Below, piece after piece: positions 13,116 to 25,432 of a DNA stretch of 64,000 nucleotides. How positions within the stretch are numbered: position 1 is the first letter of the stretch; every line of letters begins with the position of its first letter. A program made the translations under genes and the position numbers. The notes under the pieces were generated by a model, which searched no databases, was not told the origin of the DNA, and was given only the letters and a program-made list of their open reading frames with translations. Origin of the DNA: Thalia democratica (Eukaryota); assembly GCA_965202585.1 (NCBI GenBank), contig OZ241829.1, forward strand, positions 72,540,001-72,604,000. Reading direction: 5' to 3'.

Positions 13116-14640
13116 GCAGTAAGATTATTTCCTGTCGGTCTAATTAATGAATTTGAAAATTTTAGAAGCAATAGTTTTGCGGACGTTGGTAGGTAATTAT
13201 ATTGAAATATTTCTACGTCATCATCTGCGCTCATATGAGAGCAAAATTACGCAATTAACGGCAACATATTCAATTTATACACTTTCGCACTTCCAACTTT
13301 GCTCACTTTTATTATCTTTACATTATCTCTTGTACCGATTCGCAAGGCGCGACTTTGGTGAGTAAAAAAAGTTTTTGAGAAGAAATGACAGCAAATGAGC
13401 GAAATTACGTAACCACCGGCAAAAAATAAAATCTCTTATTCACTTTCGCACTTATAACTACTCACTCTTAGTATCTTTACATTATCTCTTGTACCGATTC
13501 GCATGGCGCGAATTTACCTAGTAAAAAAAGTTTTTGGGGAGAAATGAGAGCAAATGAGCAAAATTACGTAACCAGCGGCAAAAATAAGCAACTTTTATCA
13601 CTTTCGCACTTATAACTGCTCTTTTTTATTATCTTTACATTATCTCTTGTACTGATTCGAATGACGCGAATTTGCCTAGTAAAAAAAGTTTTTGGGGAAA
13701 AATGAGAGCAAATGAGCAAAATTACGTAACCACCGGCAGAAAATAAAATCTCTTTTTCACTTTCGCACTTATAACTACTCACTCTTAGTATCTTTACATT
13801 ATCTCTTGTACCGATTCGCATGGTGCGACTTTGCTTTGTAAAAAAATTTTTTGAGAAAAAGTGAGAGCAAATGAGCGAAATTACGTACCCACCGGCAGAA
13901 ATAAACAACTTTTATCACTTTGGCAATTAAAACTGCTCATTCTTAGTATCTTTACCGATTCGCGCGGTGCGAGTTTGTTTAGTGAAAAAAAAAATGTTTT
14001 TTTTTTCCATTAAACTGACCCTGATGCAATAAACTATGCTGTTTAGTATCAAAGTGCAGTAAATGTCTTGAGAAAAAAATCAAACTTTTAGCTATATAAG
14101 AAACATGCTAGTTTGGTAGCAGTAAAAATATCTTTCCTATTGGTCTAATTAATGAACTTGAAAATTGTAGAAGCTATAGATTAGATAGGCTTAATTTTAT
14201 CAATACATTTTTACGTTATCACTACTTCTGTGCTCATATGAGAGCAAAATCACGTAATAACTGGCAACATATTCAAAATTTACCATTTTGCACTTCAAAC
14301 TTTGCTCACTTTTATTGTCTTAACATTATCTCTAGTGACGATTCGCATGGTGCGAATTTGCTTAGTAAAAAAAATTTTGAGAAAAAGTGAAAGCATATGA
14401 GCGAAGTTACATAACCACCGGCAAAAAATAAAACCTCTTATTCACTTTAGCACTTATAATTGCTCACTTTTATTATCTTTATTTTATCTCTTGTGCCGAT
14501 TTGCACAGCCGACGTTCATATGCAAAAAAATAAGTTTTTGAGCACATCCATTAAACTAGTGCAAAAACTGTTATGTTGTTTGGTGTAGTAACACTCTTGA
14601 GAAATAAAAACAATATGTTCAATCAACTTTTTCTTAATAG
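13116..14640. repeat. Two copies of a ~550-bp repeat; the first has an internal ~159-bp unit expanded to about 4.5 tandem copies
   Basis: CACTTTCGCAC-type unit starts at 13280, 13441, 13599, 13758 and 13916. The head AGCAGTAA...GGTCTAATTAATGAA occurs at 13116 and 14118. Similar tails (CCATTAAACT, TCTTGAGAAA) occur near 14010 and 14550. A further fragment lies near 15793. Confidence 0.9.
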
Positions 14641-17516
14641 CTATAAAATCCTGTTTTTTTATAGTATAAAAATAGTAACTTTTACGCATATATACAAATA
14701 TTTAAATAAACCTTAAAGAAAACTAACTATAATTAGTTTGAATATTTACCAAACTATTATACTTAGCTGTTACACTTAAGCCCACAATGTTTGTCAGTAA
14801 AAATTAACTAGTTATAACTTCTTTATTAAATTTTTTCTAATTATTATCTAATTGTTATGATTTAGTTATATATAAATGACTATTATTTACAAATAGAACT
14901 TATAAAATTAAAAAATTTTAAATATTTTTTACCAGCTCAAATCAAATGCCTTCAGGCAAAAAATAAGTTTTTAAACCAATCACAAGCTTTGAAATATTGT
15001 TTGTCCAATTACACTTCGTAAAAATACGTCTAATTTGCATATAAACGCTGAGCGGCTAGACAGTGGCTAAACGAGAGAGTTAGCATTAAAAGTTTAGTGT
15101 GTGAAAATTGCAAGCCGAAATTAATCAAGCGTGAATAAGGTAATCTTAAATCTTACAGTGCGCTCTAGTGGTGAATATTCGTTAAAAAATACACCTAAAA
15201 AATTAGCGCCTAAAACTTGCTCTGTCCTTAATATCAAAATTTAATTTGCCAATTATTTTCTTTAATAATCATAACCTATTAAAATTATACAAAATAAAAC
15301 TTTCAAGTTGGCATAAATAACGTGAGATATAAGTTTTTACAGTAAAATGTAAATTAGGACAAGTCAAATTTAAAAAATAAAAATAAAAGACAATGCCTCT
15401 AGAATGTAAAAAAAATATTAGAAAATAATCAATAAAGAGTTTGTAGACATTATTAATAAGTTTAAGATAGTAAAATAACTGTAAAAAATATTTATCAAAA
15501 GGAATTACTAAAATGTTATTATTTTTCTAAAACTTATATAACAATCTTCAAACTAATTTTTCAAATTTTGCCTAAAAAAACTTAAGATATTATTTATAGT
15601 TGATCTACATGCCCAATTATTGTTAATACTTAATATCTACTACTACTTGAGTCATTGCCCTTGGAAAATATGTATAATAAACATATTTATCGAAGAATTT
15701 TGTTTTATTTTAAGTAAAAAGAACTTTGACTCAATTAAAGTACTTATAAACAAGATACTCATGTTGGAGCAAAAGAAAAAAATTAGTTAATGACCACGGG
15801 CAAAATATTTCACTTTTCCACTTTTGCACTTAAAACTGCTCATTCTTATTATCTTTGTATTATCAAGTGTTAAGATTTGTCGATTCTGATTTGAGATAAA
15901 AAAAAACTGAAACGTTTAGTATAAAAACATTTTCAACTTACAAAAATTTATTTAACTGATAAATTCTAATTAAGATAAGGACAGTTTATGTGAACTTATA
16001 AAATATATTATAAACAAAGAGTTTGATGTTTTAGATTATATTAATACATACACTAGAAATACTACGCTTTTTAAAAATTTATAGTTTCTCGTTTCAAAGT
16101 TTTTCTTTGTTTAAATTAAGTTTTTAAATTAAAGTATTGTTTTGAATATATCTATAAGCTTAGAAAAAATTTAACCAAAAAATTGCTCAAACGAAAGCTG
16201 ATAATCATTACTATTCTAACAGCTAATTTTTTTAAAATATTTTTAAACCATTAAGTGCTTACTATGTAGTATTGGTAATACTTAGATTTAATTACATACT
16301 TTGCGAAATAATTAAATATTTTAGCGATTCCTATAAAAATGACATTTATCTTTGTATAAAACTTTTGTGAATTTTTTCTTGTAAAAACAAAGATTTAATT
16401 TTGTAATTAAGTTGTTATTTAAAAATGAAAAACCCTTAAGAATCAAAAAAGTTTAGAAAATAGTAGGTATACAACATAAATCATTTTGTAATAGCATTAT
16501 GTGTTTTTAGAAAATTTTAGAGAACTATTTAAATGTCTAAAATAAATATTATGCTTATGAAAGTAAGAGTAAAACATCATAAAGAATTATTGTCTACCTG
16601 ATTTAGCTATAACATCTATTTGTTTTGAATATTTTAAATTTAATGTAAAATATCCGCTAGAAGACGATGTTAATTGGTAAAAAAGAATCGCTAAAACGAT
16701 GTTGTCTTTTTATCACTCTTACTATTATACGACTTTAAAACATTTTTACAAATTTAATAACAACTTATTGATCTCGCACTACTTGTATTTTTTTTATCTA
16801 ACAATTGTAAAAGAAAACTTAAAACTAACACTTTAAATAATACTTCTAGTGTCGACTTCTAGTGGTTCAACTAAGGATAACAGTGTCAAGGATTTTGATA
16901 TCAGAAAACTTGTTAGAGTTTTATTAACATATTGAAAATGTGAAAAATAACACAATGAAATAGAAAAAGGTAAGAAGACTGTTGTAACTAAAATTATTAT
17001 TTAGGAAATAAAATTTTCATTGTGATTTTTGAGATATGAAAAGTAGTATTGCTAATAGTCAGAAATATATTTTTCTAAAAGTAAACATTTTATGATGATA
17101 GCAAGTATCTACAGTAAATTAGATTTTAATACATATTATAAATATAAATAAATTTTAATAGATTGACTTAGTTCAGTAAATTAACTTGTGTAAAACTTTT
17201 TGCAATAACATTTATAGGTATGCCACCACCAAAGCGATGGTGACGTCACAAAAGAAGCTTCTTCATTGAAACGTTTGACTTCGGTAACGAGCAGCAGAAA
17301 CAAAAGCATGGTAAAGTTCTGTTAAAAATTCTTTGCGTTTTCACAAAGGAAATATCTTTATTTACAGTTATACACGGAACCTGTCGTTACTTCACAAACG
17401 CCTTAAATTCTTCATTAGTTTAACTGTTAAATTTGAGCAATCTAAATATACTTAACATAAGTGAACACGTTATTTGAAAACTTCCAAGTTGACACCAGTG
17501 ACTTAAAAACAACTAA

Positions 17517-17876
17517 CAAAAACACACACAAATCACCAACACAGAAACGAGGACTTCCCATACCAGGAAAGAGTTTCTAATTGCTACTGGTTTCCAGTAT
17601 CAATTCAGGTGCACGGCCTGCAACGCGCGACACCATAGCTTCTCGCACGTGAGTTACACAACACCTCTGACGTCATGTTCAGACTCACACGCAAACGAGA
17701 AACCGGACGGTGGGTTGCAGGGAATTGTTCTCGTCATGTTAGGAGAAACGGGAGACACCATTTATGGTTATTCCCCTTTTACCATGTTCGGCATCATATC
17801 CCAATGTTTTCTTGTTTCATTTTTTAAAATTAAACTTATAACTTGTAGTTTGTTGCTACTTGCAGCTTTTTATTGA
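17517..17876 (+). mobile_element. BEL/Pao LTR-retrotransposon gag/protease-region remnant
   Basis: The open frame contains RKEFLIATG...FRCTACNARHHSFSH, resembling the Pao gag Cys-His box (CxxCxxxHHxxxH). It is followed by LQGIVLVMLGETGDTIYGY, resembling sequence preceding the Pao protease motif. The intervening box appears deleted and no LTRs are seen. Assignment is from remembered motifs. Confidence 0.5.
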
Positions 17877-19035
17877 GATATTTAATGATAACAATTACCA
17901 ACACAATTTTGTAGGCTGAAAATAAAAAGCAGTTGTTTTAACTTTAATGAGGTCAATTTTGAAGTTTTCATACGTGTGCTTAAATTTAGTGTAAACCTCC
18001 GGCAAGCAAATTATCTGGTGTTATCAGTTTGTTGAGTCATACTAAAGCTATAAGGACACCTTGAAAAGTCGTAAGCTACCCTAAAAAGCAATGGTTCGGG
18101 TTAAAGGTATTTTTTATCCGTTGAAACATAGTTGAAGAAAATGGTTTTGAAAGCTTGCGACTATTTAAAGGCATCTGTCACATCAAACTTATTTCATTAT
18201 TTTCAAGTTCGAAACTTACTTGAAGGTAATATTTGGAACTTGCTGGAATGTAAAAAACTTTCTTACTGTAGGGGTGTATAAACATAAAATTTACTTGTTG
18301 ATAGTGGTGCTTAACGTAGACCTTAAACTTGTACTGAGCAAGATTTTTCAGAGTTGTGAAGTCAAAATTATTTAGGGGGTTTACCAAACATGTGCGTTGC
18401 ATACTTACATGAACTTCCTATAAGTTCATTGCAAAAAAAACCCTGTTATGACAGACCAACTGGAAAACTTACCGAAAGGCAAGGAACCATGCTACCGAAA
18501 ACTTTTCAAGTTGCATCGTATAAAGTTTTTAATTGATAAAACTGAGAAATAGAAATTTGTTTACTCGTTTAGAACATACAATTTTACAAATTGAGATAAA
18601 ACGAGCAATAAGGCTTTCATTTTGGTTTATTCCGACGTTGGATAATGGTTTGATTTATCACAATATTTGTTATTCTTAAAACATCTGAAAAAAATTGCGT
18701 TTCACTCCAAGACAATATGCTGTATTCATCAAGAAGTGTCTGCGGAATTTCAAATGTCACAGAAAATATATTTAGCACCGAGATTCCGCCGAAAACTGAG
18801 TCATTCTGTTGTGATCATCAAAGTCTCGTAGTGGAACAATCGAGAAAAAATTAGTAAGTGAATGTTGAACGTGTATTGGTTAAATACTTGTTATAAATTT
18901 TTTTTTTTAATATTCTATAAAAACAAAACTACTTTTGACTAAATTAACTTTTTTGAGCACTCAAACAACGCTTTCGACCGACTTTACAAACAAAAATAGC
19001 CTTATTAATTAAAAAAGGTTTTTTGCATGTTACAG

Positions 19036-20160
19036 ATCTAGTAAGCAACACTATGGGACTTATCCCTCATTTTGATAGGTTTATTTTTCTCACTTTTAAA
19101 TGAGAAAACTTTTTACTTATTCTATAATCTTTAGTTGCATGGCGGTTATTTCTTTGCCTTCGATAAAGGAATAAATCTCAAGTGATTTACATAAGATATC
19201 GTCATTGCTAGTGGTGACGTTTTGGGTTCTTGTTATTAATTTTGAAAAACTAACTTATTTCTCTTAACTCATTTAATATAATAATCAGTTTATGAAATTT
19301 AGTTTTTTCTAACAGATTTCATGAACGATGGTAATAAAATAGCAACCGACATGAATGGCGACATCAAGCAGCCGGACGAACCACTTAAAGGCGCTGCTGA
19401 GGTGGTTGATGAGATGGATCCCTCGCAAGCGTACATTACAATTGCTGCTGCAGATACAAGGTTGATGCAGTTTTATTATTTTTATACTATATTCTATTAG
19501 TGCACACAAATTATTTTTGGCAGCACAGAGATCATTTACAATTTGTTTTAAAAACAATGAGCGATATGAAAAGTCAAAATACAATGCAATGTTCAACATA
19601 ACTCTACATTCCTCGTACTAATTATAAACAAGGCATAAAATACCTTCTCATGTTAAACTTAACTTTATAAATATTTAACAGACTTCTAATATGATTAGAT
19701 TTAAAAATCTAAATTTAGTAAATCCCAAACTGAAACCTAAGAGAACCTACACATAAAGTAAACTTATCATAATTTCTTATTCTATAAATACTTAAAAAAA
19801 AGGAATTGCTAATCAGCAAATGACATTACAGTAGCAACATATTAATGATTTATTAACCTATACATGTATATAAAATTTATTCTGTTCTACCAATTACCTT
19901 ACAATTTCACAATTTTCAAGCTTTGTTTAAATTATAACATCCAACAGTAATAACCTAGCAGAGAACTGCAACTGGTACAAGCACATCACCACTCAACCGT
20001 GACAAATATGCAACATCACGTGTCGTACATGAAGCGGCAGTACTTCCAGTTCAGGAAGAACTTGATGGTCGTCAGGAGAAACTGCAACCTAAAGTTGAGA
20101 AGGTTGAAGTCCGTCTACAAGTCCTACAAGCTCAAGATTTGTGTGTTGCTTTTTTATTAA
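19036..20160 (+). pseudogene. Multi-exon gene fragment (exons 19036-19078, 19135-~19225, 19316-19460, ~19962-20160), probably disabled
   Basis: Canonical AG/GT-bounded blocks: (D)LVSNTMGLIPHFD (43 nt); CMAVISLPSIKE*ISSDLHKISS; (D)FMNDGNKIATDMNGDIKQPDEPLKGAAEVVDEMDPSQAYITIAAADTR (145 nt, single open frame); and ELQLVQAHHH...RKNLMVVRRNC (frame inferred from phase). The first two exons are paralogous to 25666-25830. Confidence 0.6.
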
Positions 20161-23100
20161 ATTGGTTTTTAAACATTTTAGTAAGAGGTAAGTTTATACA
20201 ATATCTAAGAAGTTATTTTACTTCTAATGTTTTACGTGCACCAGATCTTAGGACCGAATACTTTTTATATTTAATGAACAATTTTTATGTCTAAAAATTC
20301 AAACCTAGAAGAATGCTGTTTTAACTCGGCTAATGATTTAAAAAAAAAACTGTCCCCTACATTCATGCGTTTATCTTTCTCAAGTTTAAAGGAGGAGACT
20401 GTAAAATCTTACTTTTATTACAGCCATTTTTCCAGTATTCAATATAGAAAGTTATCTTAGGTAATAACATTGGTAGCACATTGACAATGCTAAAAACCTC
20501 ATATAATTTTATTACCTGTAATAACTACGTGTTGTTTCTTTCGATTAGCTTTGCACTTTTCGCTTACTTATGATCATTTACATTCATTTACTGAAAAAAT
20601 CGCTTAACCTCGCTTTACACTTGTACTAGCTAGTTGTGGAACTGGTTCATCTTCTTAAGCTCTGCACCAATGGAAACTACAATAATAGAATAAACAGCAT
20701 TTACTATTATTTTAAATAATATATTTATTTTTATTATTATAAAAGTTTTTATTTTTTGTCCATAAGTCAAGTATCTTCAACAACCAAAAGATCAATTTGG
20801 ACATTACAATAACAAAATACCTTTCGTTTCTTAGGCTTACATTAAAAAATTATTATCCAACTTACTGTAAACAACAGAAGTTTCATGATTGACCTCCGGA
20901 CACCTTCGTTTAAATTAGTTGAATATGTATTGTGAATTCGTGAATGACTAGAAATTATGGGTAATTTAATTACTTATTCAGTGGTGCACTGTTAGTCAGT
21001 GGTCTATGATTCGATCACCGAAAGGTCACCGAAAGGATCACCGGTACAACCCTATACAACAAGTCCTTTGACTAATTTATTTAAGCACTGTTTTTTAATT
21101 GTTCAATGAACAATATTAGCTTATGTTATGTTTAAAAAGACTATTTACGATGAACTTATCGGATGTCTTTTTATATATATTTTACAAATAACCACTCACC
21201 ACGTTACTTAACTATTTGAGATCCTTTATGACATAATTTCTTACTTACCATAAATATATGTAACGATAATAAATAGCAAAGTAATAAACAAAAAACTAGG
21301 TAACCTTTTGGGTGCTAAAAATATAAAAACGTAACTATCCCTATTGTATTTTCTGTGCATGTTATGAACAATTTTAAATTACCGATCTGTAGATTCAACT
21401 AAAACATACTTAGAAGTCGGCTCGAAGTTTACTAGCACTAGAACCCATACTTACAGTCTACAAAAAACAGTAAATAAAGATGTAGTTAATTATTACGTCA
21501 CAATCTCAATACAACAGTACAAAGCTTTAACATTACAAACTGGGCTAATAGATTTTTGTTGAATATTAAATTGAGTTGTTGTTAACAAATTTAAAAATAT
21601 TACATCCATTTTTTATGGCTTAAAATGATTGTATCTTTGACTGAAAAGCTTTTCATTGCTTTTGCCTCCGGCTTCAGCTGCTGAAGCGAAAGTGAGTTGT
21701 GACGTCACACAAAAAAACGTTTCTTCTGACGTCATAATAATTCTTCTCTGTTTTTCTTTGTGTGTAAATGGGTATCAGATTCGAATCATTAAAACTTTCC
21801 AACCCATTGAAACTTGTATTATACGATACTTAGTTTACCATATCATACTAGCTTGATGTGACTGACCTTTGACAAAACTGAATAATTTTTAAACAAGTTT
21901 TGAAAGAAAGGTATTGTTAAACACCAGGGAGCTTTAGTTTAAAGTCAAAGTGAGTGGTATCATCAACATACGTTTCTTTTTGTTTCAAAATTAGCAATAA
22001 TGGCAGTAAGACATCTGTTGTAACAATCACCACACATTGTAGAGTTTTTCGCAACCTGTCCAAGAAAAAGAAAAGTTATAAAGTACTTATGACGTTCCCT
22101 CCGTGAGTTTCAAAATGCTAGCTCCAAGTATCTGTTACTGTCTTTAAGATTTCATTAAAGTGCCTTGATCTAATTTTAATCTTGTCTTCAAAGCCCTTTT
22201 TTAGCAATTTTTAAGACTTAATAGACCTACTTTTGTAATAAATAACCCATTTTAATACAGGCCATTATACAATTACCCTAGTTTACAGTTTCATGAAAAG
22301 GTAAATTTTTTTATGGCACCTGATTTTTTGTCTTAAAGATTTGCTTTAATTTATGCAGCCAATGAGTTGGCTTGTTTTTAAATCAGATATTTATTAATTA
22401 CTCTTTCAGTCCACTTCAAAATAAAGTTTCACTCATTTGCTGGTTTGTGTAAAAATACATTAAACGTCTCTTAAAGCCGGTTATCATTGGCTTAAAATTT
22501 CAGACGTGTCCTAGTTGGTTGATCTTGCTTTTAATTTGTAACTTATATTAAGTCAATAACCTAAAGTTACATTATAGTGACGAGTGTTTAGCTGAACAAT
22601 ATTTTAAAGTCTTAATTAGGAATGACATTGTGATGATTTAGACCCAATGCTTGTAATTTCCTGGGTATTTTGTAAGTTTTAATCAAAATTATTATCTCGA
22701 GTATCAAGAGTTTTAAATTTTCTGATCAACTTTACAAACAAGAAAATTAAAACATGTTACGTTGTTTAATTGCGGAAACTACTTTATTAAAAGTATAAAA
22801 CATACTTTTACCTGGTAAGAAACATGATGAGACTTATGCCTTACGATGTTTATTCCAAATTATTCCATTAGTCGATGATCAATAGCAAGCATAAATTAGT
22901 TTGCTTGTCTTGTACAATTTGGAATCAAACAGTAATAAATTTGTCGATAGCTGTTTTTAAGACTTATTTATTCTACGAATATCTGTCTTATTTTCGACTA
23001 TTGTTTCAAAAGATAAAAGTTTCAATATCTTAAGCTTTAATAAAACAGTGATATTAGCACCTTATGGCATACTATATATATGTACATATATAGTATATAT

Positions 23101-23350
23101 ATAAATGTATATATATAAAGAAATAAGTTTATTAACTTAATAATATAAATTTTTTTAGCACAGAGCTCACCTTAATGGCTTTTTTAATGAAAAGTTTATA
23201 TTAGTTCAATTTCAATTTTATTTTAATGTTTTTCCATATTTTTATCTTACTCAATTTTCTGTTCAGAGTTGTCACTCACTGAAGTTTTATGAATTTTTGC
23301 CAGTTTAATGCCAATTGGTAAGTTAAATGTTGAACATGCCGAAGTTAAAT

Positions 23351-23744
23351 TTCTGCTCGAAGCAGTTTTGTTGCGTCACAAAAAACTTTTTATACAAAAA
23401 AAAAATATTTTTTTATGATTTTTATTTTTAGCAGGTTTGTATAGTTAAATTATATAATGTTACTATATTTTATTGCCAACTAATTATTGTTTCTAAAGTA
23501 TATGTCCCATAGAATTTTACCTAAACTCTTTGCACTTGAGCAAGAAATCCCTCAAATAGCGTTGCGAAAATTTAGGTAAAATTCTATGGGTCATAATTTT
23601 CAAAAACAATGATTAATTGGGAAAAATATAAAAACAATATAAAACTTAACTATACAAGTCTGTTAAAAATAATAGTTATTAAATAAATATTTTATTTTTG
23701 CATAAAAATTTTTTTGTGACGCAACAAAACTGCTTCGACTAGAA
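23351..23744. mobile_element. Foldback / long-TIR element, about 395 bp, almost entirely a hairpin
   Basis: The left end TTCTGCTCGAAGCAGTTTTGTTGCGTCACAAAAAA pairs with right end ...TTTTTGTGACGCAACAAAACTGCTTCGACTAGAA. The inner CCCATAGAATTTTACCTAAA pairs with TTTAGGTAAAATTCTATGGG, around a short central loop near 23541-23550. TSD not evident. Confidence 0.85.
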
Positions 23745-25432
23745 GTTTTGTGATTAACTATGTACGTTTGATTTCAAAGCTAAAACGCTGTGAACTACTT
23801 AACGCTAAGTCGCCATCCATTTTCCGGTCAAAGCTTTTTGCTTTTTAGTTCATGTCTTGTTGATTTATTTCGCATCCTTATTGGTGTTAACTAAATGCAA
23901 AATGTTAGAAGAATATTAAGTTGTAAAATAAAACTAGTAAATAATAAATAAAACGTTCAAAATTCAATGATTACTAATTTTTTGCTCTTTAAACCATTGA
24001 ACTGTTGTAACAAAAAGTATACTTTAAAAAAATCTCTAAAAAACAACTAATAACAATTAATAACGTGTTATCAACAGAATAAGATTCTTATTTTTAAACA
24101 CTGTTGCCTAAGTTTCTATTTAAATAAAAGTATTGTTTAAACCGATTTAATGTATCAAAAGGTAATAAGTGTTTAAAGGCAATTTTATTCATATACATAT
24201 GGTTCAACAACTGTAGGAAACTTTCTATTAAAAGTTTAATTATTATCAGGATAACTTTTCTACGGTACATTTGTTTAAATTTAAAAACAGTATTAACCAG
24301 ACTTATGTAAAATTAAATTATTAAAAAAAATATTTTACAGCCTAGTCATCCGCAAACGAATTGTCTTGTCAGCTTGGATTTAACAAAAAAGCTTTGTTTT
24401 GCTTACGTTTTTATATTACAGTAGAGGTCAGAGTTATTAAAATATTAATCAAAAAACTGTACAAAAAGCTTAAATTTTATAGTTTTAGCTCTACTATCTA
24501 AACCTAGAAATAAAATAACGTTTTATTATTTACCATAAAAGAAACTTTTGAAGAAAAAAAAAAAACAATAAAAGATCTGAACTATAACATTTTTTGCTTG
24601 AGCAAAAGTCACCCCGTAAAATTGTGATACTTTTCCACTTTGAACAGTTGACGAAATTAATTTCATAAAAAAACTTTAATAAGTTATTAATTAGCAACTG
24701 ACAAAATATAAAACAAATATAATCGAGGAGTTAAAATTTTCAATGGATATAGAATGGTAGTCTCTTTAAAACAATTAGTTAATTCACGTAAAAACTCTCG
24801 CAAGGCAAGGCTAAAGCGTAAATATTGAAATCTACAAAATATTAAATAACCTTAAGCCAAAATCTACTGTCAAGTGTTTTAATCGACGCTACAAGTGAAA
24901 AATAAATCAACAGTCGAACCATGTGTTAGCAGTCACAAATTTTAACCCACAACAAATTGTTGTCAATACGTTATAAACCTGTATTGAAAATTGTATAATG
25001 AATACAAACAACTACTTTTGTTAAAGTCATAAAACTCATACTTCAAATTGTAGCCTGGTCAATTGATATTTTACTTAACGTTTGTTAGGCAACTACTAAT
25101 TATCATACGAGTGCACTTTGGATACTTAATTTTAATGAGAGCTCAAAAGATTTACAGAATTTTTAGTTTAGCTCAAATGGTAGGGCGTCTTTTGTTGATA
25201 AGGCAGACATACAATTGAATATTAGATTTTAAACGATGAAAAAAAACCACAGACTGCTGAAATATACAGTCAAACTACCTCTGATTGATTGTTTTAGAAG
25301 ACATTTTGCTTAAAGTAAAATTTTATTAAAATATGTTTACGGTACTAATTATGTTTGCGGCATAACTAAATTCATTCATACAAGAACAAGCCGTCTGAAA
25401 GTTTTAAATTCAAATAGCCTAAGTACATACTC

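Noticed and set aside
13564-13908. 114-aa minus-strand ORF
   Set aside because: It is a translation of two satellite units; the peptide periodicity simply mirrors the 159-bp repeat.
17950-18520. Moderately GC-rich stretch with ORF 18178-18402 as a gene or TE fragment
   Set aside because: No recognisable motif in any frame and no consistent splice structure, so it is left unannotated.
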